DNA of 39,049 bases, from NCBI GenBank assembly GCA_036521515.1, contig DATDHP010000379.1, positions 1 through 39,049 of the forward strand, given 5' to 3'. Shown in pieces: positions 25,559 to 33,097 of the stretch. Position numbers and translations under genes: made by a program. Every line of letters begins with the position of its first letter. Position 1 is the first letter of the stretch. The notes under the pieces were generated by a model. That model had not been told where the DNA came from, made no database searches, and worked only from the letters and a program-made list of their open reading frames with translations. The stretch is from Vicinamibacterales bacterium (GTDB lineage: Bacteria > Acidobacteriota > Vicinamibacteria > Vicinamibacterales > UBA2999).

Positions 25559-26455
25559 ATGACCCGCCGTCAGAAGGCGATTGCGTTCTTCGTGGCGCTC
25601 TGCGTGCTGCTGGTGGCCGCGGCGGTCACGCTGAACATCACCTGGATCGTCATCAATGCGCGGCGCGTCACCCCGCTCATCCTCGGCATCATCCTCTTCG
25701 CCGTCATCATTGCCGGCCTGATCATCTACACGGTGTTCCTCGTGCTCGAGATCAAGCGCAACGAGGAGCACGAGAGCTTCATCAACTCCATCACGCACGA
25801 GCTGAAAACGCCGATCGCGTCGATACGGTTGTATCTCGAGACGCTGCAGTCGCGTCACATGAGCGACGACCAGCGGCGCGAGTTCTACGGAGTGATGCTC
25901 GCCGACGCCGAGCGCCTGCACCGCACCGTGGACCAGGTGCTCAAAGCGGGCATGGCGGCCCAGAAACCGAGGATCCTGGCGCGCGCGTCCGTGGACATGG
26001 CGATGCTCGCGCGCGAATGCGTCGACCTCGCGCTGCTCCGCCATCACCTGCAGGCGGGGGCAATCGATCTCGAGACGCACGATGACGGCCCGCTCGTCGT
26101 CCGGGGCGATGCCGAGGAACTGCGTACGGTCGTCACCAACCTGCTGGACAACGCGGTGAAGTACTCGCCGGACACGGTGCGCGTCTCTGTTTCGGTGGCG
26201 GCGCCGGCGCCCCACACCGTGTGGCTGCGGGTGCAGGATCGCGGGGTCGGCATCCCGAGGAAGCAGTTGAAGCGGATCTTCAACCGCTTCTACCGGGTGC
26301 AGGCGCGCGGGCCGAAGAGCGTGAAGGGCACGGGCCTCGGGCTCTACATCGTGCGCTCGATCGCCCGGGCGCACGGCGGCCGCGTGTTCGCCCACAGCGA
26401 GGGCGAGGGCCGCGGCTCGACCTTCACCCTGGAGCTGCCGCGGCTCGCTTCATGA
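25559..26455 (+). CDS. Sensor histidine kinase, intramembrane-sensing type (two TM helices, no extracytoplasmic, HAMP or PAS domain)
   Basis: TM1 is AIAFFVALCVLLVAAAVTL and TM2 is LILGIILFAVIIAGLIIYTVFLVL. The H-box SITHELKTPIASI follows directly. The N and G boxes are LLDNAVKYS and GTGLGLYIVRSIA. Confidence 0.88.
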   Translation: MTRRQKAIAFFVALCVLLVAAAVTLNITWIVINARRVTPLILGIILFAVIIAGLIIYTVFLVLEIKRNEEHESFINSITHELKTPIASIRLYLETLQSRHMSDDQRREFYGVMLADAERLHRTVDQVLKAGMAAQKPRILARASVDMAMLARECVDLALLRHHLQAGAIDLETHDDGPLVVRGDAEELRTVVTNLLDNAVKYSPDTVRVSVSVAAPAPHTVWLRVQDRGVGIPRKQLKRIFNRFYRVQARGPKSVKGTGLGLYIVRSIARAHGGRVFAHSEGEGRGSTFTLELPRLAS

Positions 26456-26462
26456 GCGTCCA

Positions 26463-27188
26463 TTGAGCCGAATACTGATTGTCGAAGACGAGCAGCACAT
26501 CGCCGACGGCCTCTGCTTCAACCTCGAGGCGGAGGGTCACCACGCCTCCGTCGCGGCGGATGGCGAGACCGCGCTCCAGTGGATCCTCGAGGAGCGCCGG
26601 GTGTTCGACGGCGTGATCCTCGATGTCATGCTGCCCGGCAAGGACGGCTTCGCCGTCGCGTCCGAGCTCCGGCGCCGCGGTCAGTACGTGCCCATCCTGA
26701 TACTGACCGCGCGCGGCCGGGCGGAAGACGTGCTGCGTGGCTTCGAGTCGGGCGCGGACGACTACCTGCCCAAGCCATTCGAGCTCGCCATCCTGATCGC
26801 GCGGCTCAACGGGTTGCTCCGCCGCCGCCGCTGGAACGAGCAGGAGACGCCCGTCGCCGAGATCAGCGCCATCCGTCCAGCCGATACCTTCGCGTTCGCG
26901 GGGCGCACGCTCGACTTCGCGGCGATGGAGGTACACGCGGCCGGCAAGTCGTACCAGCTCACGCTGATGGAGTGCGAGCTGCTCCGCTACCTCGTCAAGA
27001 ACGCCGGTCAGCCAGTCTCGCGCCGCGCGATCCTCGAGGACGTCTGGGGCCTCGACGAAAGCACCGACACGCGCGCGATCGACAATTTCATCGTGCGGCT
27101 GCGGCGTTACATCGAGGATCGTCCCGCCTCGCCGAGGTTCCTCCAAACGATCCGGGGCGTGGGATACAAATTCGTAGCAGAGCCCTGA
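26463..27188 (+). CDS. OmpR-family response regulator
   Basis: TTG start giving MSRILIVEDE. The receiver Asp is in ILDVMLPGKDG. The winged helix reads LTLMECELLRYLV...IRGVGYKF. Confidence 0.9.
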   Translation: MSRILIVEDEQHIADGLCFNLEAEGHHASVAADGETALQWILEERRVFDGVILDVMLPGKDGFAVASELRRRGQYVPILILTARGRAEDVLRGFESGADDYLPKPFELAILIARLNGLLRRRRWNEQETPVAEISAIRPADTFAFAGRTLDFAAMEVHAAGKSYQLTLMECELLRYLVKNAGQPVSRRAILEDVWGLDESTDTRAIDNFIVRLRRYIEDRPASPRFLQTIRGVGYKFVAEP

Positions 27189-27249
27189 CGGCCTCTGAGG
27201 CGCACGGGATTGCAGCCTGCCCCGCCTGAGCCGGAGGAATGCATGGCAT

Positions 27250-27375
27250 TTGAAACTCAAGCGGATACGCGACCAGGCGCTCGTCATTACCGGCGCGTCG
27301 AGCGGCATCGGCCTGACCACGGCCGAGATGGCGGCCGAGGAGGGCGCGCGCGTGGTGCTGAACTCGCGCGCCGGC
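27250..27375 (+). pseudogene. N-terminal stub (about 42 codons) of a short-chain dehydrogenase/reductase
   Basis: The frame reads KLKRIRDQALVITGASSGIGLTTAEMAAEEGARVVLNSRAG, the classic SDR TGxxxGIG Rossmann start. Similarity then ends and the frame runs into a REP-like unit and the next gene. Confidence 0.55.
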
Positions 27376-27452
27376 TTCCCGCCTCCGCCGAAGGCTCCGG
27401 CGAGGCTCGCCGAAGCGCGTCGCGCGCAAAGGCGGCAGCCGGCCCGCTCTCG

Positions 27453-27477
27453 TGTGGCTTCCGGCTTCAGCCGGAAG
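27453..27477. repeat. Solo 25-nt REP-like unit
   Basis: tgtggcttccggcttcagccggaag lies 15 nt upstream of the TIGR00300 ATG. Confidence 0.85.
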
Positions 27478-27491
27478 ATCGTACCGGTACA

Positions 27492-28718
27492 ATGTCGCTC
27501 ATGGCTGCCAGCGACACGATCGAGGCCGAAGGACACCTCATCGACTCGGGCCTCCTCTCCTGGATCTTCGACAAGATCATCGAGCAAAAGGCCTCATACG
27601 AAATCCTCCATTTCGATATCGGCCGCACCAACGACGACGTGTCCCGCATCGAGATGCGGATTACGGCACCCGATGCCCTGGCGCTTGACGAGCTGCTGCA
27701 GCAGCTCACCACGTTTGGCTGCCATGCCGTTCGCGAGCGCGACGCCCTCGTCAAGCCCGCCGAGAAGGACCGCTGCGTGCCCGACGATTTCTATTCCACG
27801 ACCAACCATCGCACGCACGTGCGGCTCGGCGGCCGCTGGGTCGAGGTCGACAAGCAGCGCATGGACGCCGTCATCGTGGCCGCCGGCAGCCGCGCCGTCT
27901 GCCGCAAGCTCCGTGACGTCAAGGCGGGCGAGCCGATCGTCTGCGGCCACGAGGGAATCAAGGTGACGCCGGAGTTCAAGGAGCGCGACCGGCACGGGTT
28001 CGCGTTCATGAGCAACGATGTCTCGTCGGAGCGCCGGGTGGAGGGCAGCGTTGCGCGCATCGCGACGATGATGCGCGAGGTCAAGAAGACCGGCGGCCGC
28101 ATCGCCGTCGTCGCCGGGCCCGTAGTCGTGCATACCGGCGGCGTCGAACATTTCTCGGAGCTCATCCGCCTCGGCTACGTGGACGTTGTCCTGGCGGGCA
28201 ACGCCCTGGCGGTCCACGATATCGAGTTCGCCCTCTCAGGCACGTCGCTGGGCATCGACCTCGCGGCCGGCGCGCCGGTCGAGCAGGGGCATCGCAACCA
28301 CATGGCCGCGATCAACACGGTCAACCGCGCCGGTGGGATCCGGCAGGCGGTCGAACGCGGAGTGCTGAGAAGCGGCGTCATGTACGAGTGTGTCAGGCAC
28401 GGGATCGATTACGTCCTCGCCGGCAGCATCCGTGATGACGGCCCGCTGCCGGACACGGTGATGGACCTCCTGGACGCGCAGGAGCGCTACGCGGAAGCAT
28501 TGTCCAGCGACGTCCACCTGGTGCTCATGCTGTCGTCGATGCTCCACAGCATCGGGGTGGGCAACATGCTGCCATCGTGGGTGCGCGTCGTGTGCGTGGA
28601 CATCAACCCCGCCGTGGTCACCAAGCTCAGCGATAGAGGTTCGACACAGACCTTGGGTGTCGTCACCGACGTCGGCTTGTTCCTCCATCGCCTCGCAGAG
28701 GCGCTGCGAGCGGACTGA
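27492..28718 (+). CDS. TIGR00300 / LOR-SDH conserved-region protein (homolog of archaeal-type ornithine cyclodeaminase)
   Basis: MSLMAASDTIEAEGHLIDSGLLSWIFDKIIE...ILHFDIGRTNDDVSRIEMRI...VVAGPVVVHTGG...VLAGNALAVHDIE...GHRNHMAAIN...YVLAGSIRDDGPLPD. About 408 aa from the ATG at 27492. The track ORF from 27210 is an upstream over-extension. Confidence 0.78.
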   Translation: MSLMAASDTIEAEGHLIDSGLLSWIFDKIIEQKASYEILHFDIGRTNDDVSRIEMRITAPDALALDELLQQLTTFGCHAVRERDALVKPAEKDRCVPDDFYSTTNHRTHVRLGGRWVEVDKQRMDAVIVAAGSRAVCRKLRDVKAGEPIVCGHEGIKVTPEFKERDRHGFAFMSNDVSSERRVEGSVARIATMMREVKKTGGRIAVVAGPVVVHTGGVEHFSELIRLGYVDVVLAGNALAVHDIEFALSGTSLGIDLAAGAPVEQGHRNHMAAINTVNRAGGIRQAVERGVLRSGVMYECVRHGIDYVLAGSIRDDGPLPDTVMDLLDAQERYAEALSSDVHLVLMLSSMLHSIGVGNMLPSWVRVVCVDINPAVVTKLSDRGSTQTLGVVTDVGLFLHRLAEALRAD

Positions 28719-28737
28719 ACCAAGTCTGAGCCAAATC

Positions 28738-29015
28738 GTTCACACTTCTCGGTTCTGCCTTCTCGGTTCGTGTTCAGGTTCACGTTCAGTTCCGGGTTCG
28801 GAGTTCGGAGTTCCAGTTCCGGGTTCGGGGTTCGGGGTTCGAGGTTCGGAGTTCGGAGTTCGGAGTTCCGAGTTCGGAGTTCGGAGTTCGGGCACCTCGA
28901 CCCAGCCGGAGGCCATGCGAGCCTTGAACCTCGAACCGGCGCCCCGAACTGCGAACCGCGAACCGCGAACCGAACTTGAACACGAACGGAGAAGCGAGAA
29001 CCGTGAAGCGGGAAC
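28738..29015. repeat. GTTCGG/CCGAAC long palindromic element, copy 2 (left arm expanded)
   Basis: Left terminus gttcacacttctcggttctgccttctcggttcgtgttcaggttc, followed by a run of (g)gttcgg/gagttcgg units. Unique centre near 28890-28923. Right terminus cttgaacacgaacggagaagcgagaaccgtgaagcgggaac. The termini closely match those of 25281-25545 in the same orientation. Confidence 0.9.
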
Positions 29016-29055
29016 GATATAGACTTAACTCCTCCCCGCCTCGGAGGCGTCCCCC

Positions 29056-29247
29056 ATGGTGGTCGTCAACCCGGCGGAACTGCTCGAACTGATGGCGGAA
29101 CGCGAGGAGCTCGAGCGGGAACGTCAATGCCTGCTTGACAGCATCCGCAACCCCGCGGCGTTTGACGATGTCTCCGCACGCCTGAAGGACTTCAGCAGGC
29201 GCCTGAGCCTGTTCGTCCAGCGGCTCCGCACCACGCTGGAAGGGTGA
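29056..29247 (+). CDS. Small hypothetical protein (63 aa, predicted helical/coiled)
   Basis: GGAGG lies 9 nt upstream of the ATG. Third-codon positions are GC-rich and the composition is non-degenerate (MVVVNPAELLELMAEREELERERQCLLDSIRN...). I recognise no homolog. Confidence 0.45.
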   Translation: MVVVNPAELLELMAEREELERERQCLLDSIRNPAAFDDVSARLKDFSRRLSLFVQRLRTTLEG

Positions 29248-29249
29248 TT

Positions 29250-30608
29250 CTAGACGACGATCCTTGCTGCCGGCGCCTTGTCGCCGAGCGCAGCGGCCAC
29301 GCGCGTGAGCGCCTCCTCGAGGCCGGCGCGCGTGCGGGGGGTCCCGAGCGCGATCCGCACGCCGCGCGGATGGACGTCGCCGGTGGCGAACTCGCCCGAC
29401 GCATTGACGATGACACCGCGAGCCCGCGTCTGCGCCACGAATGCATCCGAGGACCAGCGCGGCGGCAGGTGCAGCCAGATGTGGGGGCTCGACGGATGCG
29501 TCTGGATCCGCTCGCCGTCGAGCAGGCGGCGCGCCATCGCCTGGCGGGCGGCCACTTCGTGCTTCTTCCACTCTACGATGCGCGCGGCGGTCCCGTCCTC
29601 GATCCAGCCGCAGAGCAGGTCTGCCCCGATCGGCGACGTCATGATCATCGACGCCCACACGGCCGCGGTAATCTTCTCGACGAGCGCCGGCGCGGCGACG
29701 GCGCACCCGAGACGCATTCCGGGGAAAAGGCTCTTCGAGAGGCTGGTGACGAAGATCGTCCGCGAGGGGATCAATGTCGTGAGCGGAACGCGCTCCGGGG
29801 AAAGGAACCCGTAAGTGTCGTCCTCGATGACCGTGAGCCGATATTTCTCCGCCACCGCGGCAATCTGACGCCGCCTCCGATCGGACATCACCGCGGACGT
29901 CGGGTTCTGCAGCCGCGGCATGCAGTAGAGGATGCGCGCCCGCGTGGTGCGGCACGCCGCGTCGAGCGCGTCGGGCCGCAGGCCTTCGGCGTCCATCGAC
30001 ACGCCGCGGAGCTTGAGGTGCATCTGCTGCGTCAGGATGCGGATGCCGCTGTATGTGAGCTCCTCGACGAGCACCGTCTCGCCAGGCTTGCTGACGGCGC
30101 TCATCGCGACGGCCAGCGCGTGCTGGGCGCCCGCCGTCAGGACGAGATGGTCGGGGTTCGCGTTCAGACCCTGTTGCGCCAGCCACGAGGCCATTGCCTG
30201 TCGATGCCGCAGGTGCCCCTGGCTGCGGACGTAGCCGAGGAGCTGCGTCCAGGGCAGGACGCGACGCTGGAAGAGGCGCGACTCGAGGACGGCCACTTCC
30301 TTGTCGGGCATGAGGATGTTGATGCTCAGGTCGATCGGCCCCTCGGCCGGCTCGTCCTCGGGCTCGGTCCCCCGGATGAACGTGCCGCGGCCCACGTGCC
30401 CCGAAATCAGGCCCCGGCGCGAGGCCTCCGCGTAGGCGCGCGTAATGGTCGTGACCGTCACGCCCAGATGGTCCGCCAGGTCCCGATGGGGAGGCAGGCG
30501 CGTGCCGGCCCGCAGGGTGCCGGCCTGGACCTCGTTGTCGATGGCGTCGGCGATCGCCCGGTACTTCGGCCCCGGCCGGCCGTCGAGGGTCGGGATCCAC
30601 ATTGTCAT
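29250..30608 (-). CDS. MocR/PdxR-type regulator (GntR HTH fused to a fold-type I aminotransferase-like domain)
   Basis: The HTH region reads YRAIADAIDNEVQAGTLRAGTRLPPHRDLADHLGVTVTTITRAYAEASRRGLI. The PLP-lysine motif is TSLSKSLFPGMRLG. Start chosen at ATG 30608 (MTMWIPTLDG); the track uses TTG at 30644. Confidence 0.88.
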   Translation of the reverse strand: MTMWIPTLDGRPGPKYRAIADAIDNEVQAGTLRAGTRLPPHRDLADHLGVTVTTITRAYAEASRRGLISGHVGRGTFIRGTEPEDEPAEGPIDLSINILMPDKEVAVLESRLFQRRVLPWTQLLGYVRSQGHLRHRQAMASWLAQQGLNANPDHLVLTAGAQHALAVAMSAVSKPGETVLVEELTYSGIRILTQQMHLKLRGVSMDAEGLRPDALDAACRTTRARILYCMPRLQNPTSAVMSDRRRRQIAAVAEKYRLTVIEDDTYGFLSPERVPLTTLIPSRTIFVTSLSKSLFPGMRLGCAVAAPALVEKITAAVWASMIMTSPIGADLLCGWIEDGTAARIVEWKKHEVAARQAMARRLLDGERIQTHPSSPHIWLHLPPRWSSDAFVAQTRARGVIVNASGEFATGDVHPRGVRIALGTPRTRAGLEEALTRVAAALGDKAPAARIVV

Positions 30609-30655
30609 GATCGCAATAATGAAATTGAAACCGCCGCAATGCAAGCGACGTCTTA

Positions 30656-30674
30656 TTGATTGTCAGACAATCGA
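30656..30674. promoter_or_regulatory. Near-perfect palindrome TTGATTGTC-A-GACAATCGA, candidate GntR/MocR operator
   Basis: 9-bp arms (8 of 9 complementary) with a 1-nt centre, containing the GT-N-AC core typical of GntR-family sites. It lies 48 nt upstream of the mocR ATG, in the spacer shared with divergent htpX. Confidence 0.35.
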
Positions 30675-30789
30675 TGATCCGTGCCGTCCGGGTCGCACGC
30701 TGCGAACGAGTCGAACGTTCCGCACCGTCCGAACGTCGAACGATCCGAACCACCCGATCGATTCGAACGATCCCAACGATTCATGAGAG

Positions 30790-30798
30790 TGATATCCT
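30790..30798 (+). promoter_or_regulatory. Extended -10-like TGaTATCCT 8 nt upstream of the htpX ATG
   Basis: The sequence reads gagTGATATCCTgagccattATG. It shares GTGATATC with the DUF1028 and vapB upstream regions. Confidence 0.35.
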
Positions 30799-30806
30799 GA
30801 GCCATT

Positions 30807-31685
30807 ATGGGAAAACGCATCTTCCTGTTCCTGCTCACGAACATCGTCGTCGTCCTGACGCTCACCGTGGTGTTGAGCGTGCTCGGCATCGGCAACTATG
30901 TCGCTGCTGACGGCGGCGTCGATATCGGGGCGCTGCTCGTATTCTGTCTGGTTTGGGGCATGGGCGGATCGCTCATGTCGCTGCAGATGTCCCGCTGGAT
31001 CGCCAAACGTGCCACTGGCGTGCAGCTCGTGAACGGCCAGACTGGCAACCACGACATGGACCGGCTGTACAACTCGGTGCGCCGGTTGACGCAGCAGGCG
31101 AATCTGCCGATGCCGGAGGTCGGCGTCTACGATTCGCCGGAAGTCAATGCGTTCGCCACCGGCCCGAGCAAGAGCCGGAGTCTCGTGGCCGTGTCAAGCG
31201 GGCTGCTGCGCTCGATGCGCCAGGAGGAAGTGGACGGCGTGCTCGCGCACGAAGTGGCCCACATCGCCAACGGCGACATGGTCACGATGACGCTGCTGCA
31301 GGGCGTGATCAACGCTTTCGTGATGTTCCTGGCGCGCGTCATCGCGCACCTCGTGGCGCGCTCGGACGACCGCAATGGCGGCGGGACATACTTCCTCGTG
31401 GTCATCGTGCTGCAGATCGGCCTCGGCATCCTGGGCTCGCTCGTGACAGCGTGGTTCTCGCGCCACCGCGAGTTCCGTGCGGACTACGGCGGAGCGACGC
31501 TTGCCGGCAAGCCGCAGATGCTGGGCGCGCTGCGCCGGCTGGCGATGAACCGCGAGGCCGTGGACACGTCGCACCAGGCGCTCGCCACGCTCAAGATCAA
31601 CGGAACGCGCGGCTGGATGGTCTTCTTCTCGACGCACCCCCCGCTCGAGCAGCGCATCGCCGCCCTCGAACGGGCCCAGATCTGA
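30807..31685 (+). CDS. htpX: Protease HtpX (M48 family)
   Basis: MGKRIFLFLLTNIVVVLTL, HEVAHIANGDM (HExxH), and the C-terminal FSTHPPLEQRIAALE. Confidence 0.92.
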   Translation: MGKRIFLFLLTNIVVVLTLTVVLSVLGIGNYVAADGGVDIGALLVFCLVWGMGGSLMSLQMSRWIAKRATGVQLVNGQTGNHDMDRLYNSVRRLTQQANLPMPEVGVYDSPEVNAFATGPSKSRSLVAVSSGLLRSMRQEEVDGVLAHEVAHIANGDMVTMTLLQGVINAFVMFLARVIAHLVARSDDRNGGGTYFLVVIVLQIGLGILGSLVTAWFSRHREFRADYGGATLAGKPQMLGALRRLAMNREAVDTSHQALATLKINGTRGWMVFFSTHPPLEQRIAALERAQI

Positions 31686-31692
31686 CGGTCCG

Positions 31693-31780
31693 CCACGAAG
31701 GTCGGGCCACGAAGAGCACGAAGACGGTCTTGCCACAAAGGGTGCGGCGTCTTGTGCCCTTCGTGGCTGATTCTTCGTGG
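31693..31780. repeat. CCACGAAG/CTTCGTGG low-complexity hairpin between convergent genes
   Basis: Arms ccacgaaggtcgggccacgaagagcacgaagacg (31693-31726) and cgtcttgtgcccttcgtggctgattcttcgtgg (31748-31780). Confidence 0.85.
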
Positions 31781-32161
31781 CTACGCCGGCGGCCGGATCG
31801 ACAGCACGAAATCCCGGGCGGGATCGAGGTCTCCGACGTTCACCTCGGTCGTGTCCGGCTGCTTGCTCACGGTCTCGCCGCCCCGCATCTCCACCTCGAG
31901 CCGGTACGTGCCCGCCGGCACCTTGATCGTGTAACCGCCGTTGGTGGCGGTTGACGCCTCGAACCGCGCGCCCGAGGCGGTGTCGATCGCGATCACCTTC
32001 CGCGCGGACACCGGCGTTGTCCCGTCACCGGCGCTGACTCTGCCGGCAATCGTGCCCCCGACGCCTACCGGCTTCGGCCCGGCGTCCACGACGGGTCCGC
32101 GCGGCAGGCACGCCACGCTCAGCAGCAGAACCCCAGCCACGAGGGCTGATCCATTTCTCAT
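31781..32161 (-). CDS. Small lipoprotein with carboxypeptidase-regulatory-like (CarboxypepD_reg) beta-sandwich domain
   Basis: ATG at 32161 with GAGGGAG 5 nt upstream. Lipobox LLLSVAC. GTIAGRVSAGDGTTPVSARKVIAIDTASGARFEASTATNGGYTIKVPAGTYRLEV. The rest of track ORF 31781..33001 is an antisense artefact. Confidence 0.65.
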   Translation of the reverse strand: MRNGSALVAGVLLLSVACLPRGPVVDAGPKPVGVGGTIAGRVSAGDGTTPVSARKVIAIDTASGARFEASTATNGGYTIKVPAGTYRLEVEMRGGETVSKQPDTTEVNVGDLDPARDFVLSIRPPA

Positions 32162-32212
32162 GCTTGCTCCCTCGGCAGCGCTTACGCTGCAATGGCCAGG
32201 CCGTCTGTCCGG

Positions 32213-32218
32213 TACACT
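32213..32218 (+). promoter_or_regulatory. -10-like TACACT exactly 6 nt upstream of the GTG at 32225 (sulfurtransferase)
   Basis: The sequence reads ggTACACTtacgggGTG. The GTG start gives VHTTLISTGTLAAQL, matching the short N-termini usual for SseA-type rhodaneses. Confidence 0.35.
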
Positions 32219-32224
32219 TACGGG

Positions 32225-33097
32225 GTGCATACGACACTGATCTCGACCGGGACGCTTGCCGCTCAGCTCGGCGGCGGCTGGGCTGTTGTCGACTGCCGCT
32301 ACGACCTCAAGGACGAGGCGTGGGGACGCCGCCAATACCTGGAGTCGCACATTCCCGGCGCCGTGTACGCCAGCCTTTCGCGCGACATGTCTACCGTCCC
32401 CGACGGGACGAACGGCCGCCATCCGCTTCCCTCGCCCGAGGCAATGACGCAGACCTTCAGCCGGCTCGGCATCGGCCCCGGTACGCAGGCCGTGCTCTAC
32501 GACCAGGACGACGGGCGATACGCCAGCCGGCTCTGGTGGATGCTGCGTTACATGGGGCACCAGGCAGCGGCCGTGCTCGATGGCGGCTGGGCGAAGTGGA
32601 CCCGAGAGGGCCGGCCGGGCCGCGGCGGGGAGGAGAAACGGTCCGCTGCCACGTTCGAAGGGACGCCGCAACCGGGCGCCCGCTTGCGCGTAGAGGAGGT
32701 GGAGAGGCTTCTCGGACGGCCCGACGCGCTGCTGGTGGACGCGCGCGCGCCGGAACGTTACGAAGGGCGCAACGAGACGATCGATCGCGCCGCCGGTCAC
32801 ATCCCCGGGGCGGCCAATCATTTCTATCAGTGGAACGTGGGCGCCGACGGCACGATGCGCCCGCCGGATCAGCTCCGGGCCCGGTTCGAACAGCTCCTGA
32901 GCGGCCGGCCCGCCAAGCAGGTCGTGATGTACTGCGGCTCCGGCGTCACCGCATGCCAGAACCTTCTTGCCATGGAGCACGCCGGCCTGCGCGGCGCGCA
33001 CCTCTACCCGGGCTCATGGTCGGAGTGGTCGAGCGATCCCGCGAGGCCGATCGAAACGGCTCAAGGCTCAAAGCTCAAGGCTCAAGGCACAACGTAA
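32225..33097 (+). CDS. sseA: Tandem-rhodanese sulfurtransferase (thiosulfate/3-mercaptopyruvate, SseA-like)
   Basis: YLESHIPGAVYASL, RLWWMLRYMGH, active-site loop MYCGSGVTAC, and YPGSWSEWS. An alternative ATG lies at 32192. The last 10 codons (AQGSKLKAQGTT) read into a heptamer repeat. Confidence 0.85.
   Translation: MHTTLISTGTLAAQLGGGWAVVDCRYDLKDEAWGRRQYLESHIPGAVYASLSRDMSTVPDGTNGRHPLPSPEAMTQTFSRLGIGPGTQAVLYDQDDGRYASRLWWMLRYMGHQAAAVLDGGWAKWTREGRPGRGGEEKRSAATFEGTPQPGARLRVEEVERLLGRPDALLVDARAPERYEGRNETIDRAAGHIPGAANHFYQWNVGADGTMRPPDQLRARFEQLLSGRPAKQVVMYCGSGVTACQNLLAMEHAGLRGAHLYPGSWSEWSSDPARPIETAQGSKLKAQGTT
33059..33088. repeat. Heptamer tandem repeat GCTCAA(G/A) x4.3
   Basis: gctcaag gctcaaa gctcaag gctcaag gc. 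It lies in the overlap of the two convergent ORF ends. Confidence 0.9.

Noticed and set aside
24833-25559. ORFs encoding EPRTPNLEPRT-type peptide repeats, and the 361-aa ORF 25310..26395
   Set aside because: The peptide periodicity simply mirrors the cgaacc(t/c) DNA repeat of the palindromic element. There is no start context, and the ORFs overlap real genes (desaturase end, kinase) in other frames.
28786-30753. 655-aa minus-strand ORF and 471-aa plus-strand ORF over the mocR region
   Set aside because: They are Arg/Gly/Pro/Asp-rich artefacts. The 29250..30608 frame has a GntR HTH and the SxSK PLP-lysine motif.
30703-30782. tRNA-like or small-RNA gene in the CGAACG tract (contains gattcgaacgatcc)
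   Set aside because: There is no cloverleaf arrangement, no acceptor or anticodon stems, and the T-loop-like string is part of a low-complexity repeat.
32162-33001. Upstream 280 codons of track ORF 31781..33001
   Set aside because: It is antisense to the rhodanese gene and Arg/Ala/Gly-rich. Only the last 126 codons, from ATG 32161 with a GAGGGAG SD and a lipobox, look genuine.
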